From an uncultured Candidatus Saccharibacteria bacterium (GTDB lineage Bacteria; Patescibacteriota; Doudnabacteria; UBA920), in NCBI GenBank assembly GCA_964561655.1, contig CAZLQG010000004.1:1-38939 (forward strand): 38,939 nt of DNA. Reading direction: 5' to 3'. The notes beneath the pieces were generated by a model. It saw only the letters and a program-made list of their open reading frames with translations. It was not told where the DNA came from and did not search any database. This document shows, piece after piece, positions 7,192 through 15,800 of this stretch (positions are counted from its first letter, which is position 1; every line of letters begins with the position of its first letter). Position numbers and translations under genes: made by a program.

Positions 7192-8322
7192 ATGGAACCG
7201 GGATTTCAAAAAATAGTGGATGAATATAACCATCTGACCGAGCAAATGGCTTCGGGCGGTTTTTTGAGTGTTTCCGCCAAAGGCGGATCCGCCTTTGGCG
7301 GAGATATTGCTAAACTGGGTAAAAGGCAGGCAGAATTGGAACCTATAGTTTCAAAAATTAAGAATTACGGGTTAAGGATTAAGGAACTGGAAGAAAATCA
7401 AAAGCTTTTGGACGATGTCAATCCGGAAATAAAATCTATGGCTTTGGATGAATGCCGGCGCTTGGAATTAGAAATCTTAAATCTGAAATCTGAAATTGAA
7501 GAGGCCTTACTTCCCCGTGACCCGAATGACGAAAAAAATTGCATTGTGGAAATCAGGGCCGGTGCCGGAGGCGACGAGTCCACACTGTTTGTAGCGGAGA
7601 TGTTTAGGGTTTACGGAAAGTTTGCGGAAGAGAACGGTTTTAAAATTCATATAGTATCTTCCTCCCGAAGCGAGGCCGGAGGCTTTAAAGAAGTAATTTT
7701 TGAAATTACTGAATCATCAAAAAGTAGTGTTCAAGCGAAGTCAAGAACTATTGATGCGGATCCATACGGTATTTTTAAATATGAATCCGGCGTGCACCGC
7801 GTACAAAGGGTGCCGGAGACCGAAAAGAGCGGACGGGTTCATACTTCTACGATCACGGTTGCCGTAATGCCGGAACTGGAAGAAAAAGACTATCAAATTG
7901 AACCCAAAGATTTAAAAATTGAAGCCACAACCTCTTCCGGCCACGGTGGACAGTCGGTAAATACTACCTATTCTGCCATTCGCATTGTGCATATCCCAAC
8001 GGGCATTACTGCGCAATGCCAGGACGAACGGAGCCAGGCGCAGAATAAGGAAAAAGCTTTGGCAGTAATTCGCGCTCGCGTTGCTGACCACTACCATCAG
8101 ATAGAGGAAAAGAAAATCAAGGACGCGCGCAAAAGCCAGGTCGGCACCGGCGACCGCTCGGAAAAGATTAGAACATATAACTTCCCGCAGGACCGCGTTA
8201 CCGACCACCGCATAAACCAGAACTTTAATCAAATTAACCTGATTATGGAGGGTAAACTCTCCCCTATTTTTGAGGCACTGCAAAAGGCGGACAAGGAAGC
8301 AAAGAAGAATCTAAAAAAATGA
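7192..8322 (+). CDS. prfA: peptide chain release factor 1
   Basis: 376 aa. GGQ motif (SGHGGQSVNTT) and a PxT-type tripeptide (RVPETE) in the RVQRVP context typical of RF1. The stop codon overlaps an ATG (ATGA). Confidence 0.93.
   Translation: MEPGFQKIVDEYNHLTEQMASGGFLSVSAKGGSAFGGDIAKLGKRQAELEPIVSKIKNYGLRIKELEENQKLLDDVNPEIKSMALDECRRLELEILNLKSEIEEALLPRDPNDEKNCIVEIRAGAGGDESTLFVAEMFRVYGKFAEENGFKIHIVSSSRSEAGGFKEVIFEITESSKSSVQAKSRTIDADPYGIFKYESGVHRVQRVPETEKSGRVHTSTITVAVMPELEEKDYQIEPKDLKIEATTSSGHGGQSVNTTYSAIRIVHIPTGITAQCQDERSQAQNKEKALAVIRARVADHYHQIEEKKIKDARKSQVGTGDRSEKIRTYNFPQDRVTDHRINQNFNQINLIMEGKLSPIFEALQKADKEAKKNLKK
7273..7302. repeat. perfect 30-bp palindrome inside prfA
   Basis: TCCGCCAAAGGCGGA|TCCGCCTTTGGCGGA. 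It encodes SAKGGSAFGG in frame and lies in a region where RF1 N-termini are variable. Confidence 0.9.
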
Positions 8323-8399
8323 CGATTAGGAAAGCCTTAAAAAAATATCATAAAATAGAAATTGAACTCCTTTTGGCGCATGTGCTAAGAAAACCGAAC
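8319..8399 (+). pseudogene. decayed copy 1 of the prmC 5' end
   Basis: Its ATG overlaps the prfA stop. It reads MTIRKALK, then needs one extra A in the A-run (8339-8344) to continue as YHKIEIELLLAHVLRKPN. This parallels the intact prmC N-terminus MTIKQALIKYQSVEIEIFLAHLLGKS. Confidence 0.6.
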
Positions 8400-8420
8400 C
8401 TCTCGACCCCGCTTGAGGCT

Positions 8421-8486
8421 TATGACTATCAAAGAAACCTTAATTAAATATCGCAAAGTTGGGCGAGATTTATTGCTTTGTGATTA
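8421..8486 (+). pseudogene. decayed copy 2 of the prmC 5' end
   Basis: Translates as MTIKETLIKYRKVGRDLLLCD followed by a stop. It resembles the first ~21 residues of prmC. Confidence 0.55.
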
Positions 8487-8520
8487 ATGTTGCCCCTCGA
8501 CTTCGTTCGGGGTTAGATTT

Positions 8521-9324
8521 ATGACCATAAAACAAGCGCTAATAAAATATCAAAGTGTTGAAATAGAAATTTTCCTTGCTCACCTCCTTGGTAAATCTAA
8601 GGAGTTTTTGTTTATGAATCCCGAAATCAAAATAACAAAGAAACAATATAACAATTTAACAAAAATTATTAAACGTAGAGAGAAAGGTGAGCCGGTGGCA
8701 TATATTTTGGGGTATAAGGATTTTATGGGCTTGAGGTTTAAGGTAAATAGGGATGTGCTAATCCCCCGTCCGGAGACAGAGCAATTAGTTTATAAAGTTT
8801 ATAAAGGCAAGAAGGCACTCAAGATTTTAGATTTAGGAACAGGTTCGGGATGCATAGCTATAGCGCTTGCCAAACAATTACAAAAATCAAAAATAAAATA
8901 TCAAGTCACTGCCAGCGACGTATCGAAAAAAGCGCTTAAAGTTGCAAGGCAGAATGCCCAGACGCATAAAGTAAAAATCATTTTTAAACATTCTGACATT
9001 CTGCAGAATGTCAGAATGTCGTTTGATGTCATCATAGCTAACTTGCCTTATGTGACTTCAGGCGATTACTACAGATTAAAACAAAACTTGAAGTTTGAGC
9101 CTAAAATGGCACTTACAGATGGCACGAATCGGTGGGAAACCTATAAAAGGTTTTTTGAAGAGGTTGGTAAGCGTTTAAATCCCCGTGCGGTGATATTTCT
9201 TGAAATTGACCCAAGGTCTATAAGTAAAATATTAATTTGGATAAAAAAATACTTGCCTAAGGCAAAAGTAAGATTTTACAAAGACGTGAACAGGCTTTGG
9301 CGGTATGCTATCATAAAAAATTAA
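8521..9324 (+). CDS. prmC: release factor glutamine N5-methyltransferase (HemK/PrmC)
   Basis: 267 aa. SAM-binding DLGTGSGCIAIALA, catalytic NLPY (an NPPY variant), PRPETE motif. Lies downstream of prfA. Confidence 0.9.
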   Translation: MTIKQALIKYQSVEIEIFLAHLLGKSKEFLFMNPEIKITKKQYNNLTKIIKRREKGEPVAYILGYKDFMGLRFKVNRDVLIPRPETEQLVYKVYKGKKALKILDLGTGSGCIAIALAKQLQKSKIKYQVTASDVSKKALKVARQNAQTHKVKIIFKHSDILQNVRMSFDVIIANLPYVTSGDYYRLKQNLKFEPKMALTDGTNRWETYKRFFEEVGKRLNPRAVIFLEIDPRSISKILIWIKKYLPKAKVRFYKDVNRLWRYAIIKN

Positions 9325-9350
9325 AAACCCCCTCAATTGAGGGGGTTTTT
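9324..9350. terminator. bidirectional intrinsic terminator
   Basis: AAAACCCCCTC-aatt-GAGGGGGTTTT, between the convergent prmC and L25 genes. Confidence 0.7.
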
Positions 9351-9353
9351 GGT

Positions 9354-10067
9354 CTATTCCTTTTTCTTTTCTTCTTCGGCGGGCTTTTCTTCTTCGGTTT
9401 TTTCTTTCTTTTCGTTTTCTTCAGTCGCTTCTTCACCTTCTTTCTTTTCTTCGGTCGCGCCTTCAACTGCGGCTACATCTTCGGTAACTTCGGTTTTAAT
9501 TTCTTCCTCGGTTCTTGGCGGCTGGACTTTAGCCACGGTATCCTCGGGGCTTGCCAGAACTTTGACTTTATCGGAAATCTGAAGGTCTTTAAGGTGTAGA
9601 TTGTCTTCAAAAGTTTGAAGTTTAGAAATATCAACTTCTATTGCGTGAGGCAAATCTATAGGCAAACATTCAACTTCCAGGTCGTTTATTACCCTTACTA
9701 GTACTCCGCCCAGATTTTTAACCGCCGGTGATTCTCCTACGAATTCCAAGTTTACTGTTGCCCTGACTTTTTCTGTCATATTAACTTCGTAGAAGTCAAT
9801 ATGGTCTGGTTTTGAACTGAGATAATTTATTTGAACATCCTGTATAAGAACCGGATGAGTTTTGCCGTCTTGAGTTTCAAGTTCAATAATTGTGCTTTCC
9901 CCTGCTTGCCGGAATATTTTTTCAAAATCTTTAAGTTTTACAAACAAGTTTTGGTTTTTTATTTTGTGTCCGTACAGCACTGCCGGGATCAGGCCTTGCT
10001 TCCTTGCTTGTTTGAGATTAGTTTTTAAAGTTTCCCTTTTGCTTGTTTCAAGTTTGAACTTTTCCAT
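9354..10067 (-). CDS. rplY: 50S ribosomal protein L25/Ctc with an acidic, Lys-rich C-terminal tail
   Basis: I place the start at the internal ATG (MEKFKLETSKRE...), with AAGGA 6 nt upstream. It has the RKQGLIPAVLYG L25 motif. The low-complexity tail is EEKKEGEEATEENEKKEK. Confidence 0.88.
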   Translation of the reverse strand: MEKFKLETSKRETLKTNLKQARKQGLIPAVLYGHKIKNQNLFVKLKDFEKIFRQAGESTIIELETQDGKTHPVLIQDVQINYLSSKPDHIDFYEVNMTEKVRATVNLEFVGESPAVKNLGGVLVRVINDLEVECLPIDLPHAIEVDISKLQTFEDNLHLKDLQISDKVKVLASPEDTVAKVQPPRTEEEIKTEVTEDVAAVEGATEEKKEGEEATEENEKKEKTEEEKPAEEEKKKE

Positions 10068-10155
10068 TTGTATCCTTATAACGACCCTGTCCATCTCCGT
10101 TTAAATCAAATAGCGGATACTCACAGGGTTTTAATTGACTGTAGGAGATTATAAC

Positions 10156-10185
10156 AAAAAACCTTGCTTTTGGCAAGGCTTTTTG
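10156..10185 (-). terminator. intrinsic terminator after the zinc-ribbon gene
   Basis: On the minus strand: AAAAAGCCTTGC-caaaa-GCAAGGTTTTTT. Confidence 0.6.
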
Positions 10186-10198
10186 TTATTATTTCAGT

Positions 10199-10588
10199 TT
10201 AGTTTTTCTTTGTGAAAAGGCCGACGAAATCTCCTTTGAAGGATTTTAGTCCTTTATGCATTTTGATAACTTCATTTGCGCTGATTGCTTTGGTATTTTT
10301 GAACTTCTTACTGTCTTTTTGGGTAAGGTCAGTAATCATGCCCACGCTGAATATTTCCGGGCCGTTAATTTCTATATTAAACATTACCGAGCTTTTGCAT
10401 TTGTTGCAGTCGGAATGTATTAAAATTCTGGCGCCGTCTAAAAGTTCATTGTGCGTACTTTCTATTACTTGCGTTTGATCAAGGTTATATTTATGTCCAC
10501 AGATTGGGCATTTTAAAATATGCCCTAGCCACTCGATTACTTTTTTGAAATCGAATCTTTTCATAAGCCGCAAATTCATCAATTTCAC
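10199..10588 (-). CDS. hypothetical zinc-ribbon protein
   Basis: 129 aa. It has two CxxC pairs (CPICGHKY and CNKCKSS). I recognise no family. The start could instead be a downstream Met. Confidence 0.55.
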   Translation of the reverse strand: MKLMNLRLMKRFDFKKVIEWLGHILKCPICGHKYNLDQTQVIESTHNELLDGARILIHSDCNKCKSSVMFNIEINGPEIFSVGMITDLTQKDSKKFKNTKAISANEVIKMHKGLKSFKGDFVGLFTKKN

Positions 10589-10665
10589 GAATCTTAACGA
10601 ACTGTTTTTAGTGCTATTTACGTGACCCGTGCATTAATGATTAATTCTATTATATCACATCTTGC

Positions 10666-11766
10666 TTAAAATCTCAATAGCTTTGATTGCACCGCTACGT
10701 TTTGCGCTAAGCCAAGAGCGCTTAAATTGACAATAAGAGCACTTCCGCCCGCACTTAAAAATGGCAAAGGTATGCCGGTAACCGGCAGTAGTCCCATGTT
10801 CATGCCAATGTTTATCATTATATGCTCAAATAATAGGAAAAAAATTCCCAAGGACAGATACATGCCCAGGTTATCCTTGGCCGTTTTAGCAATTTTTAGG
10901 ATTCTTAATAATAAAATAAAATACAGTACTAGTAGAGCAACAGTTCCTAAAAAGCCTATTTCTTCAGCAGAAGATGCAAAAATAAAGTCGGTTTGCCGTT
11001 CGGGTAAAAATCTGTGCTGTCCCTGCATGCCTTTGCCTAAACCCCAGCCGAATATTTGTCCACTGCCTATGGAGATAGTCGCTTGTTTTACGTTATAACC
11101 TATGCCTTTAGGATCAAGCCTGGGGTCTAAAAAAACTTTAATTCGATCTTTTTGAAAGTCTTTGAGCGCGAATTGCCAGATAATGGCTGCCATTACCAGA
11201 AATATGGTAAGCAAGACGAGCAGAGATTTCTTTTTTATGGGGCTAATTAAGATAATCCCCGCCCAAACTCCTAGGATCATTAAAGTTGAACCTAAATCCG
11301 GCTCAAGCATTACCAAAGTTGCGGGCAGGGCGACGTAAGCTAATGACCACAGTAAAACTGATATGGAATTAATTTGCCCTCTTTTTAAGTACAAAAGTCT
11401 GCCGAGCCCCAAAATTATTGAAAGCTTGATAAATTCCGAAGGCTGGAAAAGCAAAAAGCCAAAATCTATCCAACGTCTGCCGCCGCGAATTTCTGTACCT
11501 AAAATCAGAAGGTATATTAGAGCAGCTATCAGAACCACATAAGCTATTTTGTTGGCTTTCGTGAGATTGTGGTAATCGAAAAAAGCAAAAAACAAAAAAG
11601 TTGCGATTCCAGCGAATACAAAAATTAACTGTCTTAAAAAGACGTTTGCGGAATTTTCGGTTACAGAGGTGCTGTAAAGCAAGGCCAGCCCCGAGATTAA
11701 AAGCAAGAGTGTTGCAACCAAAAATGGAATATCAAAGTATTTGAATTCCCTAAAAAATTTAAGCAT
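10666..11766 (-). CDS. SEDS family peptidoglycan glycosyltransferase (FtsW/RodA)
   Basis: 366 aa polytopic membrane protein with the conserved GxGxGxG...PExxTDFIF...EExGxxG block (GWGLGKGMQGQHRFLPERQTDFIFASSAEEIGFLG). Confidence 0.88.
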   Translation of the reverse strand: MLKFFREFKYFDIPFLVATLLLLISGLALLYSTSVTENSANVFLRQLIFVFAGIATFLFFAFFDYHNLTKANKIAYVVLIAALIYLLILGTEIRGGRRWIDFGFLLFQPSEFIKLSIILGLGRLLYLKRGQINSISVLLWSLAYVALPATLVMLEPDLGSTLMILGVWAGIILISPIKKKSLLVLLTIFLVMAAIIWQFALKDFQKDRIKVFLDPRLDPKGIGYNVKQATISIGSGQIFGWGLGKGMQGQHRFLPERQTDFIFASSAEEIGFLGTVALLVLYFILLLRILKIAKTAKDNLGMYLSLGIFFLLFEHIMINIGMNMGLLPVTGIPLPFLSAGGSALIVNLSALGLAQNVAVQSKLLRF

Positions 11767-11807
11767 TTTGTGAAATCAAATTGAAGCTGTCGGGCTGTGC
11801 TTCCTAT

Positions 11808-12689
11808 TTAGAAGCCGTATGGGTTTGTTTGAGGCCGGTTTAAATCTGAAGAGGAATCTTGTTTTATTTCCGGCGGGGTTAAGTTTGCAGAGTCTAGGGC
11901 GTTGGTTTCAGTCATTACTTTTACCGATTTAATATCGGAGCCGAAAACCGAAGGCCAGAGCTGTTTATATGCCCTTCTTTCATAAGGCCTGAGAGAGTAC
12001 TCGTTTCTTACATTTATGGCGACAATGTCTCCCTTTTTGTCGTAAACCAGGAAAGTAAGTTTGATTTGTTTAATTTGGTAAGGACTGTTGTTGGTTACGC
12101 TGCCCTCTACGGTAAAGCCTAAAGGATCTACCTGGTTATAAAAGTCCGGGATGCTGGTCAGCAGGTCAATTTTAGGAATAGACAGCCTTTTTTGCCACGC
12201 AGGCTCGCTAGGCAGCACAATTTCGGCCCCAACCAGCTGTTCCTGCGCCTCCAGTCTTGGTACGGTGAGATATTTTTTTTGGTTAGGCAGAATGAAAAAA
12301 GTGTCTGAAACTGAAGTTATAAATTCATTTTTTTGATTATAAAACCTGAATTCGTAAGGGACATTTTGCAATGAAAGTTCAAAATTTTCGTTGCTTATTT
12401 CCACAGTAGCCGAGTAGATTCCCTGACCGCTTGTTGTAAGGGTAATATTTCCTACTGACAGAGGTTTGGGGTCCTTAAAACTCGGAGTTGCTGAAACAAG
12501 ATGGTCTTTGTAAGCGGAATTCCAATATCTTACGGAAATGGTTTTGGTTATTAAATAAACCGGCAATAGTCCCAGAATCAGCAAAATAAGGCTCCATTTT
12601 AAAAAGTTAGGCAGATAACCGATATAGCTTTCAGCTTTCAGCTCCGCTTCCTCCGCAGCAAGTTCAATTTTTTCTTTTAGAAAGGGCAT
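11808..12689 (-). CDS. hypothetical membrane-anchored protein with two beta-rich extracytoplasmic domains
   Basis: 293 aa. One N-terminal TM helix, then two similar-looking segments (YEFRFYNQKNEFI and LTFLVYDKKGDIV, resembling an FxLYD-type motif). Lies directly upstream of the SEDS gene. Confidence 0.55.
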   Translation of the reverse strand: MPFLKEKIELAAEEAELKAESYIGYLPNFLKWSLILLILGLLPVYLITKTISVRYWNSAYKDHLVSATPSFKDPKPLSVGNITLTTSGQGIYSATVEISNENFELSLQNVPYEFRFYNQKNEFITSVSDTFFILPNQKKYLTVPRLEAQEQLVGAEIVLPSEPAWQKRLSIPKIDLLTSIPDFYNQVDPLGFTVEGSVTNNSPYQIKQIKLTFLVYDKKGDIVAINVRNEYSLRPYERRAYKQLWPSVFGSDIKSVKVMTETNALDSANLTPPEIKQDSSSDLNRPQTNPYGF

Positions 12690-12872
12690 AAGTTTATTTT
12701 TTTAAGCTTAAAATCATTATAGCAAAATGGGTCTTTTTTTGGTATGCTTATACTGCTCGTTAATATACAAATTTAGTGCAAATATACAAATTGACGACCA
12801 GTTATCCTCATAAGCAAAAGGGCCATATAAACTTTGTATATTATATTTGATTCGTATATTCGCGAATACTTT

Positions 12873-15800
12873 ATGGATTTTACTCATCTCCATTGTCATT
12901 CCCATTATTCCCTGCTTGACGGTTTGTCCAAGATTGACCAGCTGATTGCAAGAACCAAAGAACTTGGTATGCGGGCTTTGGCTTTAACTGACCACGGCGT
13001 TATGTACGGAGCCGTGGAGTTTTACGTTAAGTGCAAAGAAGCGGGCATAAAGCCCGTAATCGGCCTTGAAGCTTACATTGCGCCAAGGTTATTGTCGGAC
13101 AAAGAAGGAAAGCTGGACAGCGATTATTTTCATTTGACTTTACTTGCCAAAAACGAAATCGGCTATAAAAATCTAATTCAGCTTACAACCTTAGCTCATA
13201 TCCAAGGTTTTTATTATAAGCCGAGAATAGATTTAGAGGCGCTAAAGAAATTTAGTCCAGGGCTTGTAGCGCTGTCCGGATGTCAGCGCGGAGAAATAGC
13301 CAGAGCCGTAATTTCCGGGAGCGGCGAACATAGCCAGAAGACTTTGGAAAAATACCTAAGTATTTTCGGGTCCAAGAACCTGTTTATAGAGATTCAAAAG
13401 AACGTTAAAGAATCCGACCAACAGGCCGAAGATGAATTAAACACAAAACTGATTGAATTAGCCAAAAAAAATCATCTACAGCTTGTAGCTACCGCGGATT
13501 GCCACTATATATATCCTGAAGACAGCGAAGCCCAGGATGTGCTTGTTTGCATTGGCACCGCCAAAACTGTTGACGATGCTAACCGTCTGGACATGCGAGG
13601 GGTAGACCTGTCTTTGAAGTCGCCTGAAAAAATGCAGGAATTATTTTATGAATTGCCTGAAGCTTTAGAGAACACACAAAAAATTGCGGAAATGTGCGAT
13701 TTAGAGATAAAGATTAACCAGAGGTATTTCCCTAAAGTTGAAACCCCTCAAGGCATAAGCGCGGAAGATTATTTAAAAAATTTGACGCATGAAAGAGCTT
13801 TAAGCCTTTACGCTAAGGACGGACAAGTGCCTAAGGAAATTTTAGAGAGAATTGATTACGAACTTGATATTATCTGCAAAAAAGGTTTTGCTACTTACTT
13901 TTTAATGGTAGCGGACGTGGTGGATGGCGCGCATAAGCTTGGGGCTATCACCAATACCAGAGGCAGTGCTGCAGGCAGTATTGTAGGCAGAATTTTAGGC
14001 ATCACTAATGTGGACCCTTTATATTACGAGTTGCCTTTTGAACGGTTTTTAACGCTTCACCGTCCTACCCCGCCCGATATTGACCTGGATATTGCTGACA
14101 ATCGCCGCGATGAGGCCATTGAGTATATTACCAAAAAATATGGCAAAGACAAAGTTGCGCAAATCATTACTTTTGGAACAATGATGGCGCGCGCCGCGGT
14201 GCGCGACGTGGGCAGGGCTTCGGGGGTTTCTTACAGCAAATGCGACCGGATTGCCAAAATGATTCCCTTTGGCAAGCAGGGCTTTCATATGACTTTGGAC
14301 AGGGCTTTGGAGATGAATCCTGAACTTAAAGAAGCTTTCGACCGCGATCCTGAAACCCGCTCGGTTTTAACTATTGCAAAAAAACTGGAAGGCTGCGCGC
14401 GCCATGCCAGCGTGCACGCCGCGGGAATTGTCATTACCCCGACTCCTTTAACCGATTATATGCCGCTTCAGAAAGAACCGGACGGCGAGCGCATTATTAC
14501 CCAATACGACATGTACGCGCTGGATGTTAATGCTTCTTCCCGCGCGATTGGTGTGGTCAAGCTGGACCTTTTGGGCATCCGCAACCTTTCTATTTTGGAA
14601 GCCGCGGTTCGTCTCGCAGAAAAACGTCATAACGTTAAAATTGATATTTACAATCTCCCCCATCCTGATTCCAAAACACTTAAACTTTTAGCAGACGGAT
14701 TTACTTTTGGGGTTTTTCAAATGGGCTCTTCCGGCATGACTCGATACTTAAAAGAGCTCAAACCCAATTCCATTTTTGAAATTATGGCTATGATAGCCTT
14801 GTACCGGCCTGGTCCTATGCAGTTTATTCCAGAGTATATCGCCAGAAAAAATAACCCAAAACTTATTAAATATCTTGACCCGTCTTTGGAAAAAATCCTT
14901 TATCGTACTTATGGCATTTTAATTTACCAGGACGATCTTCTTACAATCGCGCATGACTTGGCAGGCTACACTTGGCCTGAGGTAGACAAATTTAGAAAAG
15001 CGGTAGGCAAAAAGATTCCCACAGAAATGGCCAAACAAAAAATTAAGTTTATCCAGGGCTGTCAGGAAACCAGCGGCTGGAGTTTTGAAAAAGCCAGCCA
15101 GGTTTGGAACTGGATAGAGCCTTTTGCGGCCTACGGATTTAACAAAGCGCATTCGGCTTCCTATTCCGTGGTTTCTTATCAGACAGCCTATATGAAGGCC
15201 AATTATCCGGTGGAATTTATGGCGGCTTTAATGACTGCGGAAGCCGGTGATGAAGACAAAATTTACGCGGCCGTGGAAGAGTGCAAAAATTTGGGAATTA
15301 AGGTTTTACCCCCGGAGATTAACGAGTCTTTGGATAATTTTACCGTGGTGGATGGCCATACCGTCCGTTTTGGCCTGAATGCGATAAAGAATTTGGGTAG
15401 CGACGTAATTGCCAGTGCGATACAGCAGAGGCAAGCCGCAGGTAGATTTAAAAGCCTGGAAGATTTTTTAATCCGCGCCCGCACGAAAACTCTAAACAAA
15501 AAATCTTGGGAGGCGCTCTGCAAAGCGGGCGCGCTGGATGCATTTGGCGACCGCGGAGTTCTTTTGGGAAACACCGAAGATGTTTTAAACTTTATGCGCG
15601 AGCATTTTAAAGCTCAGGAAAGCGGACAAAGCTCGCTTTTTGGAAGTGACTTGCGCGCCAGGTTAAAATTAAAAAAATATCCGGAAAGCTCAAAAGAAGA
15701 GAAGCTGGCCTGGGAAAAAGAGCATTTGGGAATGTATGTTTCCTCTCATCCTATGGAAAGTTATTCTAGGGTGCTCAAGAGTTTTAATTCCGTATCATCA

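Noticed and set aside
9297-9599. Plus-strand ORFs (100 aa and 81 aa) rich in Phe/Ser
   Set aside because: They are antisense or out-of-frame readings of the low-complexity Glu/Lys-rich tail of L25.
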